DNA of 64,000 nucleotides from Desulfatiglandales bacterium (GTDB lineage Bacteria > Desulfobacterota > DSM-4660 > Desulfatiglandales > Desulfatiglandaceae). Shown piece by piece: positions 38,599 to 49,234 of the stretch (position 1 is the stretch's first letter; every line of letters starts with the position of its first letter). Under the pieces are notes generated by a model. That model made no database searches. It was given only the letters and a program-made list of their open reading frames with translations, and was not told the origin of the DNA. A program made the translations under genes and the position numbers. Location: the NCBI GenBank assembly GCA_963666345.1, contig OY762721.1:1536001-1600000 (forward strand). The letters run 5' to 3'.

Positions 38599-39879
38599 AT
38601 GAAAAGGACCCTCATCCTTGTCCTTATGGCACTATGCGTGGGTACTGCAGCCGCCTTCTGGCTTAAAACCCAGGCAGGCGGCCTGCCCTGGCAGGTCTAT
38701 ATTCATGAGACAGGACGGTTTCTTGCCCTTTCAGGCTTCGTCCTCCTTTTGTTTCAGTATATTTTTTCATCAAGGCTCAAATTCATTGAAAGAGGAACAG
38801 GGCTCGACTGGATGCTTGGCATCCACAAACCGCTTGGGTTAATAACACTTTCCGCTGTGACCCTCCACCCCCTGCTTATTTTCATCTCTGAAAGGCTTCA
38901 GGGCTATTCCACTCCTTTCGGGTTCTTGAAGCTCGTGGGACTGACCTCTCTCCTTTTACTCTGGGTGACCGCCGGCTCGGCCATGCTCTTTTCCAGGGTC
39001 AGGATGCGTTACGAATCCTGGCTCGGAATTCACCGGATAGGCTATCTCATCCTGCCACTTGCTTTCTTTCACAGCTTCTTTATGGGAACTGCGCTTAGGC
39101 AAGGTTTTCTAAGGGCTTTTTGGCTGACTCTGTTCCTTTGCTTTGCAGCCATCCTTGCAGCCAGGATCAAAAGGCACTACTTCTTAAAAAGAAACCCCCT
39201 CAAGGTAAGCGCAATCAGGCAGGTAACGCATGACTCATGGTCCATTGATCTTAAAGGGGATCACGCAGGCTACCTTCCGGGGCAATTCATGTTTTTGAAA
39301 CTCAAGACAAAAGGCCTTTTATCTGATTCTCACCCTTTTACAATTTCATCAAGCCCCACAAATAAAGATCTTTCAATCTTGGCAAAATCAGTTGGAGATT
39401 TTACATCAACGCTCTCCCAAACCGAGCCGTCCGATCAGGCCTATGCTGATATGCCTTACGGCTTATTCAGCTTCCTGAACCATGATGCGGATCGTTATGT
39501 CTTTATCGCAGGCGGTATCGGCATCACCCCGTTTCTAAGCATGCTCAGGTTCATGAGAGACAAAAAGATCCGCAAGGAGGTCATCCTGCTATGGGCAAAC
39601 AGGCATGAAAGGGATATTGCCTTCAGGCCGGAACTTGAAAAGATGACCTCTGAAATCTCCTCTTTTAAACCAGTGTATGTCCTTTCAAGACAGGCTGACT
39701 GGGCCGGAGAAAAGGGCCGCTTAGATATGGAAAAGCTCATGAGGCATGTGGGAGATTTTAAAGAAGGTGAGTTTTTTATCTGTGGTCCTCCGAAGATGAT
39801 GAGCGATCTTGAAAGGCTTCTTCGAACCCTGGGTGTCACAAAAGGGCGCATCCATACTGAGCGCTTTAATCTCCGTTAA
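38599..39879 (+). CDS. Ferric reductase-like TM + FAD/NAD-binding oxidoreductase
   Basis: TM His pairs, HPFTISS, AGGIGITPF, ICGP. Confidence 0.9.
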   Translation: MKRTLILVLMALCVGTAAAFWLKTQAGGLPWQVYIHETGRFLALSGFVLLLFQYIFSSRLKFIERGTGLDWMLGIHKPLGLITLSAVTLHPLLIFISERLQGYSTPFGFLKLVGLTSLLLLWVTAGSAMLFSRVRMRYESWLGIHRIGYLILPLAFFHSFFMGTALRQGFLRAFWLTLFLCFAAILAARIKRHYFLKRNPLKVSAIRQVTHDSWSIDLKGDHAGYLPGQFMFLKLKTKGLLSDSHPFTISSSPTNKDLSILAKSVGDFTSTLSQTEPSDQAYADMPYGLFSFLNHDADRYVFIAGGIGITPFLSMLRFMRDKKIRKEVILLWANRHERDIAFRPELEKMTSEISSFKPVYVLSRQADWAGEKGRLDMEKLMRHVGDFKEGEFFICGPPKMMSDLERLLRTLGVTKGRIHTERFNLR

Positions 39880-40117
39880 AAAGCGGCATTAAACGCTGCT
39901 TTTGAGACTTTCATTTTGTCTTTACCAAGCTGTGTTTGCGCAAAATCCCGTATTCTCCGAAAACCAGAACCGGGACGGCTGTTACATGATGAAACGCCCT
40001 GAAACCTGCCTCAGGATGGATCAAGGATCTGCCTCTTTTCCAGTTGATCGAAATGTTTCCTTATACTTTCACTGTTATTATATCAAATTGTTGCAGAAAA
40101 GACTTTTCATGACGGTA

Positions 40118-40315
40118 TCAGGTCTTTTCCCGCTTCTTTACTGCAGGCCCTCTCTTGGGGATCATAAAGGTCATGGCCGCGCCGATCAGTCCGGTCAGGC
40201 CTATGATGAGGTATACAGGCGGGTATCCGCCTGTCAGGTCGTGCAGGGCACCCGCTACATATGGGCTGACAGCTCCGAACATGAGCCCCAGGGTCATAAG
40301 GACTCCGAAAAGCCT
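40118..40315 (-). pseudogene. C-terminal fragment of an MFS transporter
   Basis: LFGVLMTLGLMFGAVSPYVAGALHDLTGGY; no N-terminal portion. Confidence 0.55.
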
Positions 40316-40595
40316 GTTCTCCTCAAATCCGGGGCACGACAAAAAGAGGTCGATATTCACCCGCTTTCTGGTTGGTACTCATACATGGAAACAGATGCCG
40401 CCTGCAGCAGATATCAATTCGTCTTTCCGCTCCTGTTTGATCTGATGTTGCAACGAATGAACATGAAAAGATGACCTTGACCCTCCTGCTGGATTTCATT
40501 AAATTGATGGGCAGCCTTTACGAGGCTGTTTACCGACAAAATTTCTTACGCCTTTGTTCCGGCAAATTTATTATAAGCATCCTACAGGGAAAAAT

Positions 40596-43376
40596 ATGAA
40601 CGATAAAAAATACTATCAGATGAAGGTAAGGGAGGTCCTGGACAACCTCAAGACCACGGCGGACGGACTTGATCCGGCAGAGGCCGCACGAAGGCTTGAT
40701 CAATACGGGGAAAACGCACTCACCGCCAGGATCGAGACCCCGCGCTGGCTGCTCCTTGTCTCGCAGTTCAAGGACCTGCTGGTGATTACCCTTATGGTCG
40801 CGGCGGCCATATCGATTATCATAGGCAGCACCAGGGATGCGGTTGTCATGATAATCATAGTCCTGATAAACGCCTTTATAGGTTTCATGCAGGAATACAG
40901 GGTGAGCCGGATACTTGAAAGCCTCAAGAATCTGATCAAGTCACCGGCCCGTGTGGTAAGGGCGGGTGAGCTCACGGAAGTCCCTCAGGACCGGCTCGTG
41001 CCGGGTGACATCGTCCGGCTTGAACCTGGGGACAAGGTACCGGCAGACATACGGGTCATGGAATCCTTTGACCTCAGGACCGAAGACTTCGCACTCACAG
41101 GCGAGTCCATGCCCCAGAGCAAGAACAGCCGCGCCATAAAAGAAGACTGCGTGCTGGGAGACAGGGACAACATGGTATTCATGGGAACCGCCGTTACCTC
41201 CGGCAGCGCCACAGGGGTCGTCACAGGCACCGGGATGAATGCCGAGATGGGCAGGATCGCCGGCATGACCCAGGAGACAGGCAAGGTGACCTCTCCGCTT
41301 GAGCGCGAACTGGGAGCCCTTGCCCGCTGGCTCACGATAACCGTGGTAATCATCGGGGCCGTCCTTTTCGCGGTATCTCTCTGGCAGGGGTTCACCCTTT
41401 TTACAAGCATGGTGTTTGCGCTAGGCATTGCCGTGGCCCTGGTGCCGCAGGCCCTTCCGGCTCAGGTGACCGTGGCCCTGTCCGCGACGAGCAAGAGGCT
41501 GGCCGAACTGAACGCAGTGGTCAGAAGCCTTCCCTCGGTGGAAACCCTCGGATCGACCAGTGTCATCAGTACCGATAAGACCGGAACACTCACCAGAAAC
41601 GAGATGACCGTTACCTCTGTCTGGTTCAACAACAGGCACTACTTTATGACCGGCACCGGGTATGAACCGGAAGGCGGCATACTGGGCCGGGACGGGGAAC
41701 CTCTCGATCAAAAAGACATAGATGAGATCGAGATAATGATGGACGCGGCCACCATGGCCTCAAACGCCGAGATACATGCCCCTGATGAAGAACATGACCT
41801 CTGGTACCCGGTAGGGGACCCCACGGAGGCGGCCCTTGTGACCATGTCCACGAAAATCGGCACCCGTTCCCCAAAAGAAGATGAGGAAAATCCCGAGCTC
41901 AAGGAATTTCCGTTCGACTCCGAACGCAAGCTCATGAGTTCGGTGAGACGGTTCGGCGACCGGGACCAGCTCGCCATGAAGGGGGCCACGGCAAGTGTTC
42001 TTTCCGTGAGCAGGCATATATACCGTGACGGCAGGACGGAACCTATCACGGAAGAGGATAAAGACGCAATCACGGCAATTAATGAGGAGTTCTCGAAAAA
42101 GGCCCTGCGTGTGCTGGCCATAGCGTACCGGCCGCTTGATCAGGGCGGGAAGGATTACACGCTGGAGGAAGCGGAAAAAGACGTGACCTTCCTCGGACTG
42201 GTGGGGATGACCGATCCGCCGAGAGAAGGCGTGGCAGAGGCGATGTCCGAGTGTCACGGTGCCGGTATCCGGACCTTCATCATGACGGGAGACCACCAGA
42301 TTACCGCCCAGGCGATCGGAATGGAGATCGGGCTTTCCGAATCGGATCATCCGTCACCTGTTATTACCGGATATGAACTGAAGGCCATGGATGACTCGAC
42401 CCTGTCAGGTGTCATGTCAAAGGAGCAATCCCTCATATTCTCGCGTGTGGACCCGGAAGATAAGCTGCGGATCGTGGAGCTTCTCGAGAAAAGCGGTGAG
42501 GTAGTCGCAGTTACGGGTGACGGTGTAAACGACGCCCCTGCCCTTCGCAAGGCGGATATCGGAGTCGCCATGGGAAAGATCGGAACCGATGTGGCAAAGG
42601 AGGCCTCCGAACTCGTCCTTCTGGACGACTCCTTTCCCACGCTCGTGAAGGCTGTAAGGGAGGGGCGCACGATCTACGCCAATCTGAGAAAAACCGTTCT
42701 CGCCTCCATGACCACCAACGCGGCCGAGCTCTTCGTGGTCCTTCTGGGGCTGGCCGCCGTGACGATCAAGGACTGGGCCATACCGATCCTTGCCATACAG
42801 ATCCTGGCGATAGATCTCCTTGCCGAGATAATGCCGCTTACCTGCCTGACCTTTGATCCCGGCTTCGAAGGGATAATGAAGCGGCCTCCAAGAGACCTCA
42901 AAGAGCATATCCTGAACAGGATCACATCCATGGAGGTGATCGGCCTTGGCCTTTTAATCGGAGTGCTCGCATTTTCCAATTACGCACTTTTCATGAACCG
43001 GCACGGGATAACCTTTACCATCGGCAGTGCCGACACCCTCCTTTACGCCAGGGCAACCACGATCACATATCTGACCATAGCCTTCTGCCAGTTTGCAAAC
43101 ATCCTGTCACACCGCTTCGAACGCACATCCATATTCAGGGGGGATTTCTTCTCAAACCCCTTGCTTCTCCTGTCCATAGGAGGGTCCATAATCCTTATAC
43201 TGATTGTGGTTCACACGCCCGGTGTAAGGGATTTTCTCCGCTTCGCCCCCATTTCCCTGATCGACTGGACCCATGTACTGGGAGCGGCGGCCCTGTATCT
43301 TGCGGCCTTTGAGCTGCTCAAGATGTTCAGGCGGATCAGGAACCCTCTAACAGACAAGAAAGCCCTCGGCCGGTAA
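40596..43376 (+). CDS. P-type cation (Ca2+-like, type IIA) ATPase
   Basis: LTGES, DKTGT, TGD, TGDGVNDAPAL; TM4 reads VPQALP rather than PEGL. Confidence 0.95.
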   Translation: MNDKKYYQMKVREVLDNLKTTADGLDPAEAARRLDQYGENALTARIETPRWLLLVSQFKDLLVITLMVAAAISIIIGSTRDAVVMIIIVLINAFIGFMQEYRVSRILESLKNLIKSPARVVRAGELTEVPQDRLVPGDIVRLEPGDKVPADIRVMESFDLRTEDFALTGESMPQSKNSRAIKEDCVLGDRDNMVFMGTAVTSGSATGVVTGTGMNAEMGRIAGMTQETGKVTSPLERELGALARWLTITVVIIGAVLFAVSLWQGFTLFTSMVFALGIAVALVPQALPAQVTVALSATSKRLAELNAVVRSLPSVETLGSTSVISTDKTGTLTRNEMTVTSVWFNNRHYFMTGTGYEPEGGILGRDGEPLDQKDIDEIEIMMDAATMASNAEIHAPDEEHDLWYPVGDPTEAALVTMSTKIGTRSPKEDEENPELKEFPFDSERKLMSSVRRFGDRDQLAMKGATASVLSVSRHIYRDGRTEPITEEDKDAITAINEEFSKKALRVLAIAYRPLDQGGKDYTLEEAEKDVTFLGLVGMTDPPREGVAEAMSECHGAGIRTFIMTGDHQITAQAIGMEIGLSESDHPSPVITGYELKAMDDSTLSGVMSKEQSLIFSRVDPEDKLRIVELLEKSGEVVAVTGDGVNDAPALRKADIGVAMGKIGTDVAKEASELVLLDDSFPTLVKAVREGRTIYANLRKTVLASMTTNAAELFVVLLGLAAVTIKDWAIPILAIQILAIDLLAEIMPLTCLTFDPGFEGIMKRPPRDLKEHILNRITSMEVIGLGLLIGVLAFSNYALFMNRHGITFTIGSADTLLYARATTITYLTIAFCQFANILSHRFERTSIFRGDFFSNPLLLLSIGGSIILILIVVHTPGVRDFLRFAPISLIDWTHVLGAAALYLAAFELLKMFRRIRNPLTDKKALGR

Positions 43377-43455
43377 AAAACAGGACCTGGAAAAGGGATT
43401 GTCCGCCGCACCCAGCGCTGCTGATCCTTTAATTCAAACATGGGGGAGCAAAGAA

Positions 43456-44268
43456 ATGGAAGATCTGAGCGCCCGGCAGATGAGAAAATTCATGGAGAAC
43501 CGCAATGAAGCCGACTACCTTCTCATAGACGTGCGTCAGCCTCATGAATACGAACAGGGGCACATCCCGGGTGCCAGGCTCTTCCCCCTTCCTCAGCTTG
43601 AGCCTGGCCTTTTTGATCTGCCCGATGACAGGGATCTTCTCTTTTACTGCAGGACCGGTTCAAGGTCCAGGACCGCTGCCATGCTGGCGGAGGAGGCGGA
43701 GGTGACAGAGGGGAAAGTCTATAACCTGGTCGGCGGGATCATGAGGTGGCAGGGAAACACCCTTTCCGATTTCCCATCCGTCCAGGTCTTCGACGGGTCC
43801 GAAACAGGTACGGACCTGCTGATAAAGGCAATTGATCTTGAAAAAGGGGCGTGGCGCTTCTACAAAGAGGTAGTAAAAAGATATGAAGACAACCAGGCCG
43901 CCTCAACCATCAAGGGGCTTTTAAAGGCTGAAAAAGCCCACGCAGAGATGATCTACGCCTTTCTTGACAGGGAAGACATAAAAGAGACATTTGAACAGAT
44001 CTGGAAAGGCCTTAAAGGAGATATACTTGAGGGAGGCGGAAGTCTCGAGGAGATGATCTCCTGCCTTGAAGACATTGAAGGGAACCTCTGTCTCAACATT
44101 GTGGGGCTGTCCCTTGACATCGAGTATTCCGCTTTCGACCTATACCGCACCATGGCGGAAAGACACCAGGAAAGCAGGGCGGCAGAGACCTTTCTTTCAA
44201 TAGCCCAAGCTGAAAAGGGCCATATGAGGCTGCTTACCAGGGCGATAGACAGGTGCGATGAAGGTTGA
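43456..44268 (+). CDS. Rhodanese + ferritin-like domain protein
   Basis: DVRQPHEYEQGHIPGA, CRTGSRS, two AEKxH motifs. Confidence 0.88.
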   Translation: MEDLSARQMRKFMENRNEADYLLIDVRQPHEYEQGHIPGARLFPLPQLEPGLFDLPDDRDLLFYCRTGSRSRTAAMLAEEAEVTEGKVYNLVGGIMRWQGNTLSDFPSVQVFDGSETGTDLLIKAIDLEKGAWRFYKEVVKRYEDNQAASTIKGLLKAEKAHAEMIYAFLDREDIKETFEQIWKGLKGDILEGGGSLEEMISCLEDIEGNLCLNIVGLSLDIEYSAFDLYRTMAERHQESRAAETFLSIAQAEKGHMRLLTRAIDRCDEG

Positions 44269-44372
44269 GGCCTGCTCGCGACATCCGACTACCGCACCAT
44301 GGGCAGGTGGATCGGCCGGGCTGCCGCACGTAACAAGGGGGGCTGCTACTGCATGCCTGAGGGAGGATACAA

Positions 44373-45716
44373 TCACTCGGTGCCGGGTGAAAACGCGCAG
44401 ACCTTTCTTGAGGGGCTTACATTATGAGCGGAAGCAGGCATTTTAAGCCGGCCTGATGGGTTCTCCCTACGTAGCATGAAACCCGCAGCCCCTGCCAGGC
44501 AGCATGACACGAAATAGAGGAGGAACAGGGCTGAGAAATCCCCGCTGCTAAGGCCGCTTTCCAGGTTCCCGCAACGGTCCAGGATGGCCCCTGCCAGAGG
44601 CTGGAACATGGCGCTTCCGGCCATGGGAAATACATAGATGAGGCCTGTAACGGTCCCTGCGATCTGAACCGGAAAACGCTCTTTTGCGCCAGCGAAGCAC
44701 ACCCCTGCCGGGCCCGCCCCCACAAGCCCGAAAAGGAGATTGTATGCATATATCTCAGGCAGGCACATGGAACCGTTTCGCACAAGCAGCCAGAGGGTTA
44801 AAGCAGCCAGGGCCGACATGCTCAAGCCCAGTATCCGCCCGTGTGAATTAAATCTCGTAGCGAGCCATCCGAAAAGGATCGGCCCGAACACCCAGCCTAA
44901 GGAAAACAGGTTGATGACGCTCCCTGCGGATGTCTTGCTCATACCGTAGACCTGAATGAAGTAAGGCCCCGCCCACAGCCCCACAAAGCTGAACATGACC
45001 CCTCCGTTAAGGAAAAACCAGACCGCCAGGAGCCGGAAATCACGATTTGCCAGGATCATGCCGATGGTCTTTCCCGCGGCAGGCCTCTGCAGTGGAAGGC
45101 CCGGTTCTTTCAGCTCAGGCTCTGCCGGCGACAGGCCGAAATCCTGCGGTTTATTTCGAACAAAAAGCCAGACCAGCAGGCCGTTCAGAAATGTCAGCCC
45201 TGCAAGGACCTGGAAACTTGATCTCCACCCGATCCATTCACTGATCCACGCAAGAGGTGAACCGGCCACCACCCCTCCCAGCCCGGCTATCGAAAGGACC
45301 AGGGATGCGGCCATGACATACTGTCTGGATGGAAACCATGCGGTTAAGGCCTTATAGGTCGGTACAAGAACCGCTGATACCCCCAACCCCACAAGCACCC
45401 GGGAAAAAAAGGCGGTTGTAACACTGTCCGCCATTGAAAAAAGCAGGGACCCCACGGCCGCCATGCACATGCATATGGTGACAAGGAGACGCGCCCCGAG
45501 CTTGTCCGCAATGATCCCCACCGGCACCTGCATAAGGGCATAGGGGTAAAAGTATGCCGAGGCCATAAGTCCTGCAACCGCCCCTGACGCATTAAAGGAT
45601 CTGATAAGATCACCCACAAGAACCGCCGGACACATGCGGTGTACGTAGACCAGAAGGTAGGATAAGGAAAGAAGTGAAACTATTACCCACCGATACGAAG
45701 ATACACGGTAATTCAT
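44373..45716 (-). CDS. MFS transporter
   Basis: MQVPVGIIADKLGAR; same subfamily as 36782. Confidence 0.9.
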   Translation of the reverse strand: MNYRVSSYRWVIVSLLSLSYLLVYVHRMCPAVLVGDLIRSFNASGAVAGLMASAYFYPYALMQVPVGIIADKLGARLLVTICMCMAAVGSLLFSMADSVTTAFFSRVLVGLGVSAVLVPTYKALTAWFPSRQYVMAASLVLSIAGLGGVVAGSPLAWISEWIGWRSSFQVLAGLTFLNGLLVWLFVRNKPQDFGLSPAEPELKEPGLPLQRPAAGKTIGMILANRDFRLLAVWFFLNGGVMFSFVGLWAGPYFIQVYGMSKTSAGSVINLFSLGWVFGPILFGWLATRFNSHGRILGLSMSALAALTLWLLVRNGSMCLPEIYAYNLLFGLVGAGPAGVCFAGAKERFPVQIAGTVTGLIYVFPMAGSAMFQPLAGAILDRCGNLESGLSSGDFSALFLLYFVSCCLAGAAGFMLRRENPSGRLKMPASAHNVSPSRKVCAFSPGTE

Positions 45717-45904
45717 AAAAATCCAGTATCAGAAAAAAGGCTTTTCCTGCCTGATTTTGTTAAAGACAAGGCCTCCCGAAATATTTCCCACAGCCAGCGG
45801 CCTGAGTGGAGTAATTGTATGTTTCAGGGGCCATCTGCAACCGGTCCAGCTAAAGGCATGAGCAGGCGGAAAAATCCCCCCGTTCATGCCTTTAAATCCC
45901 GGAT

Positions 45905-47803
45905 CTACCCCATGAGGGAAGGGAGCCACAGGGTGATCGCCGGCACAAAGAACGTGATGGTGATACGTACCACATCAGTGGCGATGAACGGAACTATCCC
46001 CTTGAAGATGGTGGAAAGAGACACATCTTTTGCCACACCCGCCAGGACAAACACGTTGATGCCCACTGGAGGGGTTATCTGTCCCATCTCGGCCATTGTC
46101 ACAACTAGCACCCCGAACCAGATCGGGTCATAACCGAGCCCGGTTACGATGGGGAAAAATATCGGCACTGTCAGGATGATGGCCGGGATGATGGGCATGA
46201 CGCATCCCAGGATAACGTAAACTCCAAGGATGGCCCATATGGTGACCGCGCTCGGAACGTCCATGCCCACCACGAACTCCGCGAGCCGGAACGGGATCTG
46301 TGACCTGGTCAGGAAATAACCGAAGATCTCCGCTCCGATGAGCATGAGCATGAGCATGGAGGTATTTTTTCCCGCCTCCGACAGTGCGGCCCAGATCTTC
46401 GGCATGCTCAGCTTCCGCTTGAACACCCCGATGACAAAGGCACCGAAACACCCCACTCCAGCCGCCTCGGTGGGGGTGAAAACCCCCGCATAGATGCCGC
46501 CGATGACTAGGGAGAACAGGACCAGTATCCCCCATGTACCCTTGAGGGAAACGATTTTATCCCTGAGTGAGGAGGAGGGTCCCGGCGGGCCAAGCTCCGG
46601 TTTCAGCCTGCACATAAGGTAGATGGCAAGCATGTAGAAGAGTGCCTGCATAAGCCCGGGAATAACCCCGGCGATAAAGAGCTTTCCGATCGACTCCTCG
46701 GTGAGGCTCGCGTAGATGATAAAAGCAAAGCTGGGAGGAATCAGGATTCCGATGGTGCCTCCGGAGGCTATCGCCCCGCACGCGAGGCTGTCCGCATACC
46801 TGTAGCGTTTCATCTCAGGCAGGGCGATGGTTCCCATGGTAACGGCCGTGGCAAGGCTGGACCCGCTCACCGCGGCGAACCCGGCGCATCCTCCAACGGT
46901 CGACATGGCGAGCCCCCCCGGGAGTCTCCCGAGCCAGTGTCGGAGGGTCTTGTAGATGTCGGTGCTTACCTCCGAATAAAAACAGAGAAGCCCCATAAGC
47001 ATAAACAGCGGGATGGTTGTCATTGCCTGATTCGACGAAGCGGTGTAAGGAGAGGTGCCGAGCACCGCCAGACTCGCCTCCGGGTTCACCAGATAGGAAA
47101 AGCCCAGAAAGCCGATCAGCGCCATGACCGGACCGATGGCCATGCCGGTAAAGAGCAGCACGATAAGCATTGCGATACCGAGAAGGCCGGCATCAATACG
47201 GGTCACATTCCACGGCGCCCATTCAAGCAGCAGGGGAAGGCACGCAATAACCGCAATGATAGCCGCCCCAATGCAGAACCATATCCCGGGGTTCCTGCAT
47301 TTCGCCCTGACTCCATCCACCGCGCGAATCGCATCTATCAGGAATTGAAGAGTAAGAAGGATCGAGCCTGCCGCCACAACCCACATGAACGGATAGTGGG
47401 GGATGGAAAGGACTCCGGAACATGTGCCTGCGACATACACCGATCCGGCCTGAACAATTCCCCGCCAAGACACAAGCGCCAGGACCCCGAAGCAGAGAAC
47501 CCCGGTTATGAAGTAAAGCACCGCATTGGTCCCCGGGGACAACTTCTCCGTGAGAAGGCTCACCGCCACGTGACTCTTCTTCAACTGGGTGAAGGCAAGC
47601 CCGGAGAAGACCAGGAACACCATCATAAATTCAACAAGTTCATAGCTTCCCTTGATCGGACTGTTGAAGAAGTAGCGAAGCACCACATCCGTGGTGATAA
47701 GCAGCACCATAAGAAGGAGCACCATGCGTCCCGCCTGTTCCATAAGCCGGATAACCGGGCCGGTGCACCTGTCCATTGCCAGCGCTGAATGTTCAAGACT
47801 CAT
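45905..47803 (-). CDS. TRAP transporter fused small/large permease (DctQM)
   Basis: N-terminal DVVLRYFFNSPI; SGSSLAT, GILIPPS, FTPTEA, ITPPVG. Confidence 0.92.
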   Translation of the reverse strand: MSLEHSALAMDRCTGPVIRLMEQAGRMVLLLMVLLITTDVVLRYFFNSPIKGSYELVEFMMVFLVFSGLAFTQLKKSHVAVSLLTEKLSPGTNAVLYFITGVLCFGVLALVSWRGIVQAGSVYVAGTCSGVLSIPHYPFMWVVAAGSILLTLQFLIDAIRAVDGVRAKCRNPGIWFCIGAAIIAVIACLPLLLEWAPWNVTRIDAGLLGIAMLIVLLFTGMAIGPVMALIGFLGFSYLVNPEASLAVLGTSPYTASSNQAMTTIPLFMLMGLLCFYSEVSTDIYKTLRHWLGRLPGGLAMSTVGGCAGFAAVSGSSLATAVTMGTIALPEMKRYRYADSLACGAIASGGTIGILIPPSFAFIIYASLTEESIGKLFIAGVIPGLMQALFYMLAIYLMCRLKPELGPPGPSSSLRDKIVSLKGTWGILVLFSLVIGGIYAGVFTPTEAAGVGCFGAFVIGVFKRKLSMPKIWAALSEAGKNTSMLMLMLIGAEIFGYFLTRSQIPFRLAEFVVGMDVPSAVTIWAILGVYVILGCVMPIIPAIILTVPIFFPIVTGLGYDPIWFGVLVVTMAEMGQITPPVGINVFVLAGVAKDVSLSTIFKGIVPFIATDVVRITITFFVPAITLWLPSLMG

Positions 47804-47821
47804 TTGATAATCCTCCCGGTG

Positions 47822-48883
47822 CTATTTTCCCATGTATTGGGGAGAATATTTCTCCACCAGACGCACTGCCTCGTCCAGCACTGCCTGGCCGGGAAGACCC
47901 TTGGCCTCCATGTCTTTTACCCATTTCTCCCACGCCGGCTTGGCTGTCTCACGCCACCTGGCGATCTCATCGCCGGAAAGATCGATTACCTCATCACCCC
48001 TTTTTGTAACCCTCTCTATGCCCTTCTGCATCTCCCCGCTCACAGCGGTGCAGATGGCGTCCGGAAGCATCTCGGCGGACACATCGGTAAAGACCTTCCG
48101 GATATCCTCCGGAAGTGATTCCCATGTCTTCTTGTTCATGGCGGTCCAGTAGCAGACACCGCCCAGATGCGCGTTGGTATGATACCTGGTGACCTCATAG
48201 AGCTTCCATGTGTTGAACGCACCCCACGCAAGTGCGCTTCCGTCGGTGACCCCCTTTTCCACGGACTGATAGATCTTGGGGGTACCCATGGTAACCGGCA
48301 CCGCTCCCATACCCTCCAGGGCGGCCCTGGCCGCGGACTGGGTGGCGATCTTGAGACCCTTTACGTCTTCGAGTCTCTTGACGGATGTATCCACCATATG
48401 AAGTTCGTATGGCAGGGTTACCCACAGGTTGAGGATATGCACATCCTTGTGTTCCGCCCGTATCTCAGGGAACTTGGCGTAGAGATCGGTCAGGGCATGA
48501 GCACCCACGAAGGTATTGGGGCTCATGAAGGGCAGTTCCATGACACTGGTCAGCGGAAAGCGTCCCGGGGTAAGACTGTGGGATGCCCATGAGATGTCGG
48601 CGATCCCGTTTACCACCGCATCGTAGGAATCCCGCGCCTTCACCATGGTCTGGGACATATAGAAGGTGATCTTGACCCTGCCGTTGGTGCGCTTTTCCAC
48701 CTCTTTTGCCCACGGCAGCATTGCCCCCCTGTAGGGTGACGACTTCGGAGGGATATACATGGCGAAACTAAGCTCGATCTGCTTTTTCGCATAGCTCACA
48801 CCGGGCGTAAGGATAAACCCCAGTGACAGAACAGCTGTCAGCATTAAACACAACACTCCACGGTAGATTGTTCTTTTCTCCAT
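47822..48883 (-). CDS. TRAP substrate-binding protein (DctP)
   Basis: Signal peptide; WAKEVEKRTNGRV, PGRFPLTSVMELPF. Confidence 0.9.
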   Translation of the reverse strand: MEKRTIYRGVLCLMLTAVLSLGFILTPGVSYAKKQIELSFAMYIPPKSSPYRGAMLPWAKEVEKRTNGRVKITFYMSQTMVKARDSYDAVVNGIADISWASHSLTPGRFPLTSVMELPFMSPNTFVGAHALTDLYAKFPEIRAEHKDVHILNLWVTLPYELHMVDTSVKRLEDVKGLKIATQSAARAALEGMGAVPVTMGTPKIYQSVEKGVTDGSALAWGAFNTWKLYEVTRYHTNAHLGGVCYWTAMNKKTWESLPEDIRKVFTDVSAEMLPDAICTAVSGEMQKGIERVTKRGDEVIDLSGDEIARWRETAKPAWEKWVKDMEAKGLPGQAVLDEAVRLVEKYSPQYMGK

Positions 48884-49120
48884 TCTTTTACTTTCTCCTT
48901 TCAGATTACCTGTTTTATTGTGCACGGTCTTCGGCTCAGCCCTGGCAAATCCCGGCATGAGCTAATTCTGGCCATTTTGTAACCATAAGTTCACATCGCG
49001 TGCACAATATAGAAGACTCCTTTAATGGTCAAGGGAAAAATACCTATTTATTTTTTTAATCAAATAGCTTAATATATTTAGCAATATGCCTTACAGATGC
49101 CATGCAATTTGCTTGACATG

Positions 49121-49151
49121 TTCACTATATAGACATATGGTCACTATATAG
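49121..49151. promoter_or_regulatory. Direct repeat TCACTATATAG x2 in a divergent promoter
   Basis: Two copies between dctP and the arylsulfotransferase gene; possibly the IclR operator. Confidence 0.4.
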
Positions 49152-49234
49152 TCACATGCAATAGAATCCTGCTCTGCTCTTTTCACTGCAGCGCGGCAGG
49201 CATCAAATCAATTATTACATGGAGGAAATCAGTT

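Noticed and set aside
39902..40474. 190-aa + strand ORF
   Set aside because: No motifs; it overlaps an MFS remnant on the other strand.
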